From a bacterium (GTDB lineage Bacteria; Bacteroidota; Ignavibacteria; Kapaibacteriales; Kapaibacteriaceae): a stretch of 64,000 nt of DNA. Position 1 is the first letter of the stretch. Every line of letters begins with the position of its first letter. Both the position numbers and the translations under genes were made by a program. The notes beneath the pieces were generated by a model that saw only the letters and a program-made list of their open reading frames with translations, did no database searches and was not told where the DNA came from. The stretch lies in NCBI GenBank assembly GCA_036834845.1, contig DAITNB010000003.1, positions 70,385 through 134,384 of the forward strand. Direction: 5' to 3'. Positions 8,198 through 18,905 of the stretch are shown here, piece by piece.

Positions 8198-11100
8198 ATG
8201 AAGAGGATCTACTCCTTGCTCTTGGGGCTGGTCATTGTGGCGGTAGCAGCGGGACTTTCTCCCGAAGCATCGGCTCAATATTGTCGGCCACAGCTCATGC
8301 CGGGCTTTTGGGGACAGGGCATTACCTATTTCCAGTTCGGGAGCTTCTCAAGAAGTTCACCGGGCACGGATTATCAAAACCAAACCGGTTATGAGTATTT
8401 CACCGGCGCTACTCTCATAGCCCAGAGGAACACTCCAATTGCCACGGGTATTCAGACGAATGCCTTCGGAACCAAGGGGTATTCCATCTGGATCGATCTC
8501 GACCAGGACGGAATCTTCACTACTGCCGAGAGAGTGCTCTGTGCAGTAGACTATGCATTCGGCCCGTACCTCTATAGCACAACGGTTACTATTCCATGTT
8601 CTGCGAGAACTGGTATTACACGTATGCGTGTGTTCTTCATGACGAACCAAGGTACGTGTCCGTCGGATCCATGTACGTTCCCTGGTTTTGTGCAGGGTGA
8701 GTGCGAAGATTACGATGTGGAAATTCTAGGTGACTTCGTAGCATCATTTCCTAATGATACACCAGACTCCTTGGCAATCTTGCCACGTGGAAATATCTAT
8801 GACGGATCTTCCGCGTCGCGCCCGCGTCCGAGCATGACGCTCCGTGCGGGAACACCTGGACAAAACTTCACAATTCGCTATCGCATTTTTGGTCCACTAC
8901 CGCTCACAGACACCGTTTACCGTGCAGACTGGACAGCCGTTGGCCCAACAACTGGCTCGTTCCCAGTAAGCTTTGTCTCTTCACCTTCCACTGCAACAGG
9001 CATAGCAGCTGGGCCAGGTGCCTCGCTCATTACTGGCAATGTTACAGGTGGAGAGTACACCTTGCTGGTTACCTCCGTTGGCGGTGCCAACTCTTGCGGC
9101 AACACATGGGCCAAGGGCTTTACCATCGCTATGAACCGAGACATGTCGGTTCGGCTTATCCGTTCTCCTCAAACTAATGAAGCACCTCGCCGTTACAAGT
9201 ACCCAAATACAACACCAATTCCTATTGAGGCAGTGTTCCAAAACGTAGGTCTTGATACGGTTAAGTCGTTCCGTGGTACGGGTAGGATAATCGGACCTTC
9301 TGGTCAGGTTGTGTATAGCGAGTCGTTCACGCTCAATGAGCCAGTAGCACCAGGTGCACGTCTTACCCAAGTTGTAGGAACCTTTATTCCGTTTGGTGGC
9401 GGCCACCCCGTTGGTCTGTACCAAACAGTCGTTTGTGCAGATTTGTTAGATCCAATCCCAGATCAAAACAGCTTTAATGACTGTTTGCCACGTCCTTCGC
9501 AAGCGGCGCATATCTTTGAGGTTGGATTCAATGAAGAGCCGGCAGTGAGCGCCGTTAATGTGCCTAGCGCCACGGGCGTACTCTATGCAGGCCGCTCATT
9601 CCGTCCGGAAGCTGTATACGAGAATAATGGTATCCAGGATCTCTCCAATGTTCCTGTGCGCCTCATTATCACGCGTCTCACAGACAACATTGTTGTATAC
9701 AACCAGACAGGCGTTGTGCCAGATATTGCCGCTGGCCAATTCAACAAGGCGGTCTTCACGTTCCCTGCTTTCACACCGAACGTAGGCGGTATGTATCGCT
9801 TCTGCTTCCGTGTAGAATACCCAGGCGATCCAGTGCTTACGAACAACGAAATTTGCGTTGACCGTAACGTAGAAGCAAATATGTGTGGTACCTACACCAT
9901 TGGTACATCCAAGCCGGGTCCACGCAACTACACCACAATTCAAGCAGCACTCGATGACCTTTTCCTAAAGGGAGTTAGCTGCCCAGTAGTGTACGAGTTC
10001 ACGGACGCAGTGTATAACATCTCCGTTGTTGGTGTTCAAACACCAGCAATCGATTTGTCTTCGCGCATTATTGGCGTAAGTGCTCAGAACACTATTACAT
10101 TCAAGCCAAGCTTGGAGCGTTCGATCTCTAAGGGCGCGGTTACCATCAACATGACTACGGAATCGGGAATTGGCGTTCTCCTCGGACAAAACACCAATCC
10201 ATCGAATCCTAATGCAATCCAACGTCAGCTTTACTTCGGAAATGCGCAGAACGCAAACTCAGCCGGCTTCATCACCTTTGATGGTGGTGCACAACGCTCG
10301 CTGCGTTTCGCTATGCAAAAGAACCTGCCTACAGGATTCCCGTCGCCGTTCGTATCTGTGTTCTATCTTTCTTCGGGATCGTCGAACATCGCCGTTCGTA
10401 ACTGTATCATTAACAATCGCGACGGTGTAACACCAAGTTATGCTTCGTCGCTGCCACAAGTGCAGTTCAACAGTGGTTCTAACCAATTCCGCTTCGAAGG
10501 AAACACACGGAACACCACTACCAGCTACACCGCCGGTATTACGCAGCGCGATACCATCAACCCAGACAACCTTGGCAACCTCGATACGCTTATCAACACC
10601 AATAACAAGTTTGTTGGTAACGAAATCAGCGGTTTCGGCTACGGTGTTGTTTCGATTGGTATTGGCCAGCTCATCAAGGGTGGCGTGAACGAGTTCCGTC
10701 CGTACTACAACGCCGGAACAGAAATCACAGACAACCTTATCTTCAACGTGCGCCGCGCAGGTATCTTTGCGGCCTTCGAAGACGGTGCAAGAATCGTAAA
10801 CAACCGCATCTACAATGTAGGCGCAGCAACTGGTGGTACAGAGGCAAGTTGTGCTGGTATCCTGGCTGGCGGCGAAGTTCGTTACAACAACATGAACCTC
10901 GTGATTTCGCGTAACGAAATCAGTGGTGTCCGCGGCACAACGTGGAGTCGTGGTATTGTTGTTGAACAGTGCCGTAATGACTATCAGTCCATCAATGCTG
11001 GCGGAACAATTTCGTTCCCAGATAAGGCCGAGCACTCGTATATCACCAGCAACGCCATCTGGGGTCTAACCCGTGCTGCAACAGCAGCCAACATCGCTGG

Positions 11101-13624
11101 TATTCATCTCTTCACACGGAGAGCTACCTCTGCAGATCCGCTTACCGCACTTGTTACACCGTCCATCCTTACGTATTTCACCAAGTCAGACTCCGTGGTG
11201 AATAACACTGTTGTTGTAGCGAATGACAACGTGGTTGGTACTGGTGCAATTGTTGGTGTAGGTATTCAGAATGCCGATGCGCCTGTTGTGATGAACAATG
11301 CTATTGCCTTGCTTGGTGCAGCAAACGCGGCATCACTTACGCACTCGGGAATCCTCTATGAAGGAACGGTGTTCCGTAATGGTCGTGTAAATACGTGGTA
11401 CCTTCCAACCACGGCTCCAGGCGCGCTCATTTCTAACCGCAATGCATTCTTCGCGCCAAATGCGGGCATCGCACGATTCATCGAAATTTCACACAACAGT
11501 GAATTGGTTTCGGCCGGCACACAAACGGAGTTCACAACTCTTGCACAATGGCGCAACTGGACGCAGCAGGACATCAACTCTGTAACAGGCGACTTCGTAG
11601 CTGAGCATGAGTTCCAAGGCGTTGCTCCAAATCAGCGTCTGCGCGTAAGGATCACACCACAGCCACCAATTGGCTCCATCCTTAACAACCGTGGCGAGCG
11701 CCTTTCAGGAACAACTCAAGACATCGACGGAAACGTTCGTGGTCAAGCTGGCCTTGGCTACGACATCGGCGCCGACGAGTTCGATGGCCGCCTCTACGTG
11801 AGCGATCTCGAAGTTGTTGACGTAATCAACCCGGCTGCTTATCGCGACGCCACTGGCGTAACGAATGACGCTGAATACATTATGACAACTGCTCCGGTCG
11901 ATGTAACTGCTCGCGTTCGCAACAACGGAGCACTCGCAACAACAAACTCACCCGTTCGCGTTCGCATCTACATGGAAACAGTAGTATCGAACAACACGCA
12001 AGCATCTGTTCCAACGTTCAATACCACTCCGGTTGTAGACCGCGTTGTAAACACTGCACTTGCGTCGGGCCAGTCGAAGGACATCGTTTTTAACATTCCA
12101 CAATGGACGCCACAAACGTACTACGGCTTGGGTGGATACACGGTACCAGCTCGCTTTGTTTCTATGGACCTCAACGTTACCCCACGGTACCGTATCGAGG
12201 TGTCTACGTCATCAGACGAGTTCAACCCGAACAACATCTTCACAAAGGATGTGCGTTTCTATCTGCGTAAGTCTTCGAACCGCCTTGTACTCTCTGTTCG
12301 CGGATCGGATGTAAACATCCTTGCAGGCACCCCAACTGTAAATCAAATTGTTGGCCGCCTGAATGGTGATTCGCTCCAAAAAGCGCTCCTCGATCTTGGC
12401 TACCGCAATGATCCAACATCTAACCGCTTCGACTACGATGTATTCGAGCGCAATGCATGGGCAACACGTTCGGTAGACTACCGCATGTATCAAACGATGT
12501 TCTGGTCACACGATCAAGTTGCTCTTACCCGCACGGAGCGTGATGACATCCGCAACTTTGTTGCCGATGGTTTGCCAGGACGCAAGAAGAACCTCGCCAT
12601 CTCTGGTCAAGGGTTCCCATCGCAACATGCTGGTACATCCATTTCGAGCGATGTTAACTTTGTGAACCGCGTTCTTCGCGCCGCCAACAGAGCTCCTGGA
12701 ACACCGTTCTCGCCGAACTATAATGGCCGTAGAGTAGACGGACAAGCAATTGCACGCGCTACAACGGAAACAGTAGTTCGGACTGGCTTTACGAATGATG
12801 CCGAGCCGGTTCCAGCACTCGTAAGCATCTACTCGGATCCAACTACCTCTGGTATCTCTCTTGTTTCGTATTCGTATCGCCGCAGTGACCGCACGCCGGT
12901 GAACGACTCGATCATGGGTACTGCAACCGCAGCCATCACGGCGAACACTGTATATCTGGGTGTTGATTGGCGTCACTTCGCACGTACCGGACCATCAACG
13001 GGTGGCGAGCGCGTAGTACGCGGCATCTTCGACTTCTTCGAGTCGAACGGTGGCGGTCTCGTTCCAGTTAACGTTGTATCGTTTGATGCAAAGGCACGTG
13101 GCAATGATGTAGATGTGTTCTGGGCCACAGCGTCCGAGAAGAACACGCAACACTTCGTTGTGGATCGTGCTACTCCGGCTGGCGACTTTAGCACACTTCG
13201 TACCGTACCTGCCTCGGGCAACACTTCGGTTCGTCGTGACTATAAGATCACAGATGAGAACCTAGCGGCCGGCACCTACGCCTACCGCCTCACAGCGGTG
13301 GATATCGACGGTGCACGTTCTAACTCGCAGGTTGTAAACGTTACCATCGATGGCGAAGGCAACGGTCTGATGCTCACAGACGTGTCTCCAAATCCGGTAA
13401 GCAACTCAGCCACAGTGAACTTTACTCTTACCACCGGCGCAGATGTACAGTTGGTATTGGTAAACACCGCTGGTCAGGAAGTAGCAACCGTTGTTAGTGG
13501 CTTCTACGGTGCCGGAACACATCCTGCATCGATCGAAGCAGCAAACATTCCAAGTGGCTCGTACACCCTGGTTCTTCGCAGCAACGGTCTTGTAGTATCG
13601 AAGAACGTAACTGTTTCGAAGTAA
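8198..13624 (+). CDS. 1808-aa secreted protein: N-terminal GEVED-type domain, parallel beta-helix repeats, C-terminal T9SS sorting domain
   Basis: Signal peptide ...SPEASAQ. GECEDYDVEI is the GEVED signature. Repeated NNxIxN / SRNEISGV beta-helix-like strands are present. The C-terminus reads SPNPVSNSATVNFTL...VLVNTAGQEVATVV...SGSYTLVLRSNG...VSK. Confidence 0.8.
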   Translation: MKRIYSLLLGLVIVAVAAGLSPEASAQYCRPQLMPGFWGQGITYFQFGSFSRSSPGTDYQNQTGYEYFTGATLIAQRNTPIATGIQTNAFGTKGYSIWIDLDQDGIFTTAERVLCAVDYAFGPYLYSTTVTIPCSARTGITRMRVFFMTNQGTCPSDPCTFPGFVQGECEDYDVEILGDFVASFPNDTPDSLAILPRGNIYDGSSASRPRPSMTLRAGTPGQNFTIRYRIFGPLPLTDTVYRADWTAVGPTTGSFPVSFVSSPSTATGIAAGPGASLITGNVTGGEYTLLVTSVGGANSCGNTWAKGFTIAMNRDMSVRLIRSPQTNEAPRRYKYPNTTPIPIEAVFQNVGLDTVKSFRGTGRIIGPSGQVVYSESFTLNEPVAPGARLTQVVGTFIPFGGGHPVGLYQTVVCADLLDPIPDQNSFNDCLPRPSQAAHIFEVGFNEEPAVSAVNVPSATGVLYAGRSFRPEAVYENNGIQDLSNVPVRLIITRLTDNIVVYNQTGVVPDIAAGQFNKAVFTFPAFTPNVGGMYRFCFRVEYPGDPVLTNNEICVDRNVEANMCGTYTIGTSKPGPRNYTTIQAALDDLFLKGVSCPVVYEFTDAVYNISVVGVQTPAIDLSSRIIGVSAQNTITFKPSLERSISKGAVTINMTTESGIGVLLGQNTNPSNPNAIQRQLYFGNAQNANSAGFITFDGGAQRSLRFAMQKNLPTGFPSPFVSVFYLSSGSSNIAVRNCIINNRDGVTPSYASSLPQVQFNSGSNQFRFEGNTRNTTTSYTAGITQRDTINPDNLGNLDTLINTNNKFVGNEISGFGYGVVSIGIGQLIKGGVNEFRPYYNAGTEITDNLIFNVRRAGIFAAFEDGARIVNNRIYNVGAATGGTEASCAGILAGGEVRYNNMNLVISRNEISGVRGTTWSRGIVVEQCRNDYQSINAGGTISFPDKAEHSYITSNAIWGLTRAATAANIAGIHLFTRRATSADPLTALVTPSILTYFTKSDSVVNNTVVVANDNVVGTGAIVGVGIQNADAPVVMNNAIALLGAANAASLTHSGILYEGTVFRNGRVNTWYLPTTAPGALISNRNAFFAPNAGIARFIEISHNSELVSAGTQTEFTTLAQWRNWTQQDINSVTGDFVAEHEFQGVAPNQRLRVRITPQPPIGSILNNRGERLSGTTQDIDGNVRGQAGLGYDIGADEFDGRLYVSDLEVVDVINPAAYRDATGVTNDAEYIMTTAPVDVTARVRNNGALATTNSPVRVRIYMETVVSNNTQASVPTFNTTPVVDRVVNTALASGQSKDIVFNIPQWTPQTYYGLGGYTVPARFVSMDLNVTPRYRIEVSTSSDEFNPNNIFTKDVRFYLRKSSNRLVLSVRGSDVNILAGTPTVNQIVGRLNGDSLQKALLDLGYRNDPTSNRFDYDVFERNAWATRSVDYRMYQTMFWSHDQVALTRTERDDIRNFVADGLPGRKKNLAISGQGFPSQHAGTSISSDVNFVNRVLRAANRAPGTPFSPNYNGRRVDGQAIARATTETVVRTGFTNDAEPVPALVSIYSDPTTSGISLVSYSYRRSDRTPVNDSIMGTATAAITANTVYLGVDWRHFARTGPSTGGERVVRGIFDFFESNGGGLVPVNVVSFDAKARGNDVDVFWATASEKNTQHFVVDRATPAGDFSTLRTVPASGNTSVRRDYKITDENLAAGTYAYRLTAVDIDGARSNSQVVNVTIDGEGNGLMLTDVSPNPVSNSATVNFTLTTGADVQLVLVNTAGQEVATVVSGFYGAGTHPASIEAANIPSGSYTLVLRSNGLVVSKNVTVSK

Positions 13625-13652
13625 TCGAAACGGTCTCATAGGTCAACCAAAA

Positions 13653-13693
13653 GAACCGCTCCTGCGCACCTTGCGCAGGAGCGGTTCGTATTT
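13653..13693 (+). terminator. intrinsic terminator after the 1808-aa gene
   Basis: Perfect 15-bp stem gaaccgctcctgcgc (13653..13667) / gcgcaggagcggttc (13673..13687), followed by gtatttgt. Confidence 0.7.
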
Positions 13694-13704
13694 GTAGCGA
13701 GTGA

Positions 13705-15351
13705 ATGCAAAAGAACGTTCAACCAATGGTCCTGTCGCTATCGTCCGGACTCCTCTTGGGATTGTCCTTCCCACAAGTGCTTCCTGGATGGTTTGGCGTA
13801 CTTGCGTTTGTTGCCTACGTGCCACTGCTGATAGCACTTACCTCTTCCTTTCACACGATTCGACGAAGGCAGATTGTTTGCTTTCTCTACCTCACCTTCT
13901 TCGTCTATCACGGTATTGCCAACTGGTGGGTTAGTTCGTGGCAAGAGCGCACTGATCCGTACCTCTTCGTAAGCGGAATAGCGTTGTGGTTGTTCCACCC
14001 GTTTTTCTTGATGCTGCCATTCCTCGTACTATCGTCGATCCATCGGCGCATTGGGAAGAATTGGGCGTTACTGTTAAGCCCCCTAGCTATTTGCGGCTTC
14101 GAATGGCTGCACGGACAAACGGATGCATCCTATCCGTGGCTAACTACCGGATACTCATTGGTCCACACACCGTTTGCGCAAATAGCCGAGTATGTGGGTG
14201 TTTATGGATTGAGTTTTGCCATTGGTGCAGTAAACGTGCTTGTGCTGCTTGCGATAACGGCAAGGTATACATCAAAAAGGGTGCGCCTTGCGGCAGCAAC
14301 GACTGCCATTGTGTGCGCCTGGATGGCCAGCGGCTATGCTCTCGAGTTTGGCGTATGGGAGATACACAAGGAGTCGGGACTGCGTGTGTTGCTCGTGCAA
14401 CCAAATGAAGATCCATGGGATAAATGGTCCGACCCCTACGCACAACTTGCCACGCATCAGCGATTAACAGACTCTGCTGCAGGTGTGCTTGGCAAGCCCG
14501 ACCTTGTAGTTTGGAGCGAGACCGCTATACCGTTTACTATTCGACACCCGAGAAATATTGAGGAATGGGTCCGACTGCGGTCGTGGGTAGACTCATCAGG
14601 GTTCTCGCTTCTTACGGGATATGCAGATCTTGTGGTGTACCCCAAGGGCGCCGCTCCTCCGTCTGCCCGCCTGTCCGAAGCAGATCACAGTGTGGCCTTC
14701 GACATGTTTAATGCCGCAATGGTTATCAACCCTCATCAAGAGTCTGTTCCCGTGCACCGCAAGTCTATGCTAACGCCATTTGCTGAACGATTGCCCTTTG
14801 CAGACCAGCTTACATTTGCCATGCAGTGGATAGAATGGGGAGTGGGGATTAGTGCATGGGGTAAGGGGCAAACCCGTTCGCCGCTGCCGGTGGTGGGAGA
14901 TTGGCGAAAAAAGGATTCCATTGGCGTAATCATCTGTATAGAATCTATCTACCCAGAAGTAGCCGCCGACCTCGTGCGAGCCGGAGCGAACATTCTCTGC
15001 GTTATAACCAATGATGCTTGGTACAATGGAACGTGGGGCCCCGAACAACATTTCGACATTGCGCGGATGCGAGCAATTGAGCAACGTAGAAGCGTTCTGC
15101 GATGTGCTAATTCTGGAATAACCGGTGTGATTCTTCCGTCCGGAAGAGACCGTGTCCATCCAGCAGTAGCCCCAATCACGCAAGGGTGCGCCATGGTATC
15201 AGTGTGGCCAACGTCGCATAGAACGCTTTATTCGCGCATCGGAGATGTTCTACCAATCGCGAGCCTTATCATTGCACTCCTCGCGTTTGCAAGTGCACGA
15301 ATTCCCGCGGTCCTTCGTAACCTTCCCTTTCGATCCACAACGTCTTCCTAA
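13705..15351 (+). CDS. lnt: apolipoprotein N-acyltransferase
   Basis: N-terminal polytopic membrane region plus a CN-hydrolase domain. The catalytic Cys lies in the context GVIICIESIYPE. 548 aa. Confidence 0.8.
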   Translation: MQKNVQPMVLSLSSGLLLGLSFPQVLPGWFGVLAFVAYVPLLIALTSSFHTIRRRQIVCFLYLTFFVYHGIANWWVSSWQERTDPYLFVSGIALWLFHPFFLMLPFLVLSSIHRRIGKNWALLLSPLAICGFEWLHGQTDASYPWLTTGYSLVHTPFAQIAEYVGVYGLSFAIGAVNVLVLLAITARYTSKRVRLAAATTAIVCAWMASGYALEFGVWEIHKESGLRVLLVQPNEDPWDKWSDPYAQLATHQRLTDSAAGVLGKPDLVVWSETAIPFTIRHPRNIEEWVRLRSWVDSSGFSLLTGYADLVVYPKGAAPPSARLSEADHSVAFDMFNAAMVINPHQESVPVHRKSMLTPFAERLPFADQLTFAMQWIEWGVGISAWGKGQTRSPLPVVGDWRKKDSIGVIICIESIYPEVAADLVRAGANILCVITNDAWYNGTWGPEQHFDIARMRAIEQRRSVLRCANSGITGVILPSGRDRVHPAVAPITQGCAMVSVWPTSHRTLYSRIGDVLPIASLIIALLAFASARIPAVLRNLPFRSTTSS

Positions 15352-15357
15352 ATCTCT

Positions 15358-16695
15358 ATGAACGCAAAAAAGAATTTTCTTTTCGCTTCTCTTGCCGTGT
15401 TGCTGTCCACCTTGGTGGGCGCTCAGGCACAGGTGCCCCCACTCACATTCACCGAGTACGATTTACCAAACGGACTTCATGTGATTCTCCACGAAGACCA
15501 CTCTGCACCTGTAGTGGCAACCGTGCTGCAGTATAAGGTGGGCTCGAGGGACGAAGATCCACGGAGAACCGGCTTCGCTCACTTCTTCGAGCATCTCATG
15601 TTCGAATCAACAGACAAGATAGAGCGCGCTACAATCGACAAAATGATCAATGGTGCCGGCGGGCAGCTAAATGCGTTTACGAGTAATGATCAAACGGTGT
15701 ATCACTTCGTTGTGCCTTCTACACAGGTGCGCCTTGCGTTGTGGATCGAAGCTCAGCGTATGCGCAAACTCCATGTAAACCAGGTAGGAGTAGAAACCCA
15801 ACGAGGCGTTGTAAAGGAAGAACGGAAGAACCGCTATGATAACGCCCCCTACGGAGGGTGGATAGAGAAAACGCAATCTATCCTGTTTAAAGGAACACCC
15901 TACGAGTGGTCGCCCATTGGATCTGCACAACATATTGATAGTGCCTCGATAGAGGAGTTCAAGGCATTCTACGACGAGTATTACCAGCCCAATAATGCCA
16001 TTCTCGTAGTAAGTGGAGACTTCGACCCCGCTATTGTAAAGGAAACAATCGAGGCATATTTCGGTGGGTATCCTAAAGCACCCGAGCCACGCAGGCCTGT
16101 CGTTACCGGGCTCCAGCCCATGCAGGGAGAATATAGGGAGTCAATCAACGACCAAAAGGCCCAACTTCCGGCCTTGTTCATGTCGTATAGGGGGCCAACA
16201 ATAACGAATGATGAGGACGGCTATGCACTGAGCTTGCTCACAACCATCATGTCCGACGGCGAATCTTCGCGGCTTTACCGTGCCTTAGTAGATAGTGAGC
16301 AAGTTGCCGTTCAGGTTTCGTTTAGCATGATTCCTCGAGAATTGGTAGGCATGATCTTTTTCGTAGGTATTGCGGCACCCGGCAAAGGACTCGACGCTGT
16401 TGAAAGCGCGATGGACGAGCAGATTGCTCGCCTAATTAGGGACGGAGTAACGGAGGCAGAACTTACAAAGGCGAAGAATGCTGCGGAGGCCTCGTTCGTG
16501 AGTGGAAGAGCAGGTGTGTACCAAAAGGGCTTGAAGTTTGCAGATGCCTATCGATTCGATGGGTCTACTTCAGCGGTGAACGATGATCTAGCGAAGTACA
16601 TGAAGGTAACACGCGCAGACATTCAGCGTGTTGCCAAACGTTTCCTCGATACGAAGCAGCGTGTTGTTCTCACCTACATTCCGGTAAAGGGTTGA
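15358..16695 (+). CDS. M16 (pitrilysin) family zinc peptidase, active subunit
   Basis: HFFEHLMFE is the inverted zinc motif HxxEH. A signal peptide is present. 445 aa. Confidence 0.85.
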   Translation: MNAKKNFLFASLAVLLSTLVGAQAQVPPLTFTEYDLPNGLHVILHEDHSAPVVATVLQYKVGSRDEDPRRTGFAHFFEHLMFESTDKIERATIDKMINGAGGQLNAFTSNDQTVYHFVVPSTQVRLALWIEAQRMRKLHVNQVGVETQRGVVKEERKNRYDNAPYGGWIEKTQSILFKGTPYEWSPIGSAQHIDSASIEEFKAFYDEYYQPNNAILVVSGDFDPAIVKETIEAYFGGYPKAPEPRRPVVTGLQPMQGEYRESINDQKAQLPALFMSYRGPTITNDEDGYALSLLTTIMSDGESSRLYRALVDSEQVAVQVSFSMIPRELVGMIFFVGIAAPGKGLDAVESAMDEQIARLIRDGVTEAELTKAKNAAEASFVSGRAGVYQKGLKFADAYRFDGSTSAVNDDLAKYMKVTRADIQRVAKRFLDTKQRVVLTYIPVKG

Positions 16696-16700
16696 GAACC

Positions 16701-18896
16701 ATGAATACCATCAATAAAACAACTATGACAGATCGCATACTTGCACTGGTAGCAATTGGATTTGTAGTGGCAACGGTGTGCACTACAGCCCAAACTAAGA
16801 AGAAGAGTGGCGCAAAACAATCGAAGAAACCTGCTGCGGCAGCTCAAGCTCCGGCGCAAGCGGTTCTCGAACAGGTTTCCGACAAGCCAAACCTTGATGT
16901 GCGCCCCGCGCCCCTTGCCGGTACTGCTTGGCAGTTCCCGCCGTTTCGCGAGTTCACGTTGCCAAGCGGTTTGCACGTATACGTTGTGGAGAATCACGAG
17001 CTGCCAACGCTGAACATTAGCATTGTGATGCGTGGCGGAGATGCGTATGACCCTGTTGGAAAAGAAGGCACTGCGGCGTTGGCGGGTGATATGCTTGGCA
17101 AAGGCACAAAGAGTTACAACGCCCAACAAATTGCTGAGACGTTAGATGGTGTTGGTGCGAACATATCGGTGAGCACATCCGGAGAAGCGATGACGATTAA
17201 TGCCTCGTCGCTTAAGAAACACGCCTCAATCCTGCTGAACGTATTGTCTGAACAACTGCGTGAACCGTTGTTTAATGAAGACGAATTAGCCAAACTTAAG
17301 CAGCAGTATCAGGCGGGAATTGCCTCCCGTAGGGGGCGTCCGGTAGAGATTGCGCAGGCCTTGTCCCGCAAGGTTGTGTATGGGATGGATAATCCCTTGG
17401 CGCGCCGCCAAACGGAGAAGTCTGTTTCTTCCGTTACCCGCGCAGACCTCGTGCAATTTCACGCCTCGTTTGTACGGCCGAACATTGCATCTATCGCCTT
17501 TGTTGGAGACGTTACAGAAAAGGAGGTGCGAGAGTATCTGAAGAAGCACTTCTCTTCATGGGAAAAGGGAACAAGGCCTGCCGTTGATATTCCTGATATG
17601 AAAACCGAGCCGGCGGGTGTGTACTTTGTTCCGCGCAAGGGGTCTGTGCAGAGCACGGTGATGATTTCTGCTGCCGGACCACCAGTACGAGCAGATGACT
17701 TTATGGCAACGGATGTGATGGTGAGCAATATTGGTAGTGGGTTTGGTAGCATTCTCTTTAACACACTTCGCGAAACGTATTCGTACACGTATTCGCCGTT
17801 CGCGCTACTCACGCGTGGACGTAGGTACAACCGTATTGCGTTTGGTGCCGAGGTTCGTACGTCGGTAACCGACTCGGCCATTGCCGTTATGCTCAGAGAG
17901 ATACGAAAGCTTGTTTCCGAAGGTCCAGACGAGTCTGCCATTGAACGTCGTATCGCAGCCGAGGTGGGGCAGTATCAAATTGCCTTTGAACGCCCGGCAA
18001 CCGTTGGAGCCGTGCTTCAGAACGCATGGGTGAATGACGTGCCACTAAGCGAAGTAACAACTTTCACCGATCGGCTATCCAGGGTAACCGTTGGCGATGT
18101 GCAGTTATCAGCAGCCCAGTACCTAAGTATGTTCAATCTGCGACTTATCGTGGTGGGTGCACCGGAGGTCCGTACAAAGCTGGAGCAGTTTGGTGCTATT
18201 CGCGAGTTCACGTTGGACCTCGAGCCGGCAGACGTAGGCGCGCTAGAACCTGTGGCCCTTTCTGCCAAAGAAGTCATCGACGGATACGTGCGCGCCATTG
18301 GTGGCAGCGCAGCTTTGGCTGCAATAACCAACGTGGTGAGTGAAGGTAGTGCCGTTATGGTAATGCAGGGAAGAGAACTCACCGGCACGTATAGCAGAAT
18401 AGTTGCTGTTCCCAACAAAGAAAAGGTAGCATTAGATCTTGGTCCACTGCGCCAGCAACAGTGGGTGAACGGTAGTACTGCGTGGGTTGCGATGGGTAAC
18501 GGTCCGGCAGGCGAACAGTCTGCCGAAGACACCAAGAAGCTTATCCTCGAAGCGAGGATCTTTCCATTCGCAAGTCTTCTTACCGATGGGTATAAGGTAG
18601 AAGTAAAGGGGAAACGCAACGGACAGATTGTTTTGGAGGCCCTCTCGCCTCTTGGGCGCACAGATCGATTTTACGTTGATGCTTCTACAATGCTTTTGCT
18701 TCGTTCAGAAAAGGATGAACAAACACCCAAAGGACCCATCACTACGAGCGAGCGGTACGAAGACTACACCGAAATTGCCGGAGTGAAGCTTCCGGCCACA
18801 ACAATTGTTTCGAACTCCATTTACAGCATCACCACACGAGTGAAGCACACCGTAAATAGTTCGGTGCCTGAGTCTGAGTTTACACCCGCACGATAG
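16701..18896 (+). CDS. M16-family non-catalytic partner with an extra C-terminal domain of about 230 aa
   Basis: M16 fold blocks (LPSGLHVYVVENHELPTL..., EGTAALAGDMLGKGT) are present but HxxEH is absent. I prefer the ATG at 16701 to the ORF-track TTG at 16692. Confidence 0.7.
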   Translation: MNTINKTTMTDRILALVAIGFVVATVCTTAQTKKKSGAKQSKKPAAAAQAPAQAVLEQVSDKPNLDVRPAPLAGTAWQFPPFREFTLPSGLHVYVVENHELPTLNISIVMRGGDAYDPVGKEGTAALAGDMLGKGTKSYNAQQIAETLDGVGANISVSTSGEAMTINASSLKKHASILLNVLSEQLREPLFNEDELAKLKQQYQAGIASRRGRPVEIAQALSRKVVYGMDNPLARRQTEKSVSSVTRADLVQFHASFVRPNIASIAFVGDVTEKEVREYLKKHFSSWEKGTRPAVDIPDMKTEPAGVYFVPRKGSVQSTVMISAAGPPVRADDFMATDVMVSNIGSGFGSILFNTLRETYSYTYSPFALLTRGRRYNRIAFGAEVRTSVTDSAIAVMLREIRKLVSEGPDESAIERRIAAEVGQYQIAFERPATVGAVLQNAWVNDVPLSEVTTFTDRLSRVTVGDVQLSAAQYLSMFNLRLIVVGAPEVRTKLEQFGAIREFTLDLEPADVGALEPVALSAKEVIDGYVRAIGGSAALAAITNVVSEGSAVMVMQGRELTGTYSRIVAVPNKEKVALDLGPLRQQQWVNGSTAWVAMGNGPAGEQSAEDTKKLILEARIFPFASLLTDGYKVEVKGKRNGQIVLEALSPLGRTDRFYVDASTMLLLRSEKDEQTPKGPITTSERYEDYTEIAGVKLPATTIVSNSIYSITTRVKHTVNSSVPESEFTPAR

Positions 18897-18905
18897 AGTG
18901 AAGTA

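Noticed and set aside
10259-11035. A 258-aa antisense ORF lies inside the 1808-aa gene. Similar antisense ORFs occur at 25206..26288, 26743..27540, 24051..24767, 18017..18661, 20505..20879 and 34964..35470.
   Set aside because: All are embedded opposite long ORFs with recognisable domains. Their translations are Cys/Arg/His-rich or low-complexity with no motifs, which is typical of shadow ORFs.
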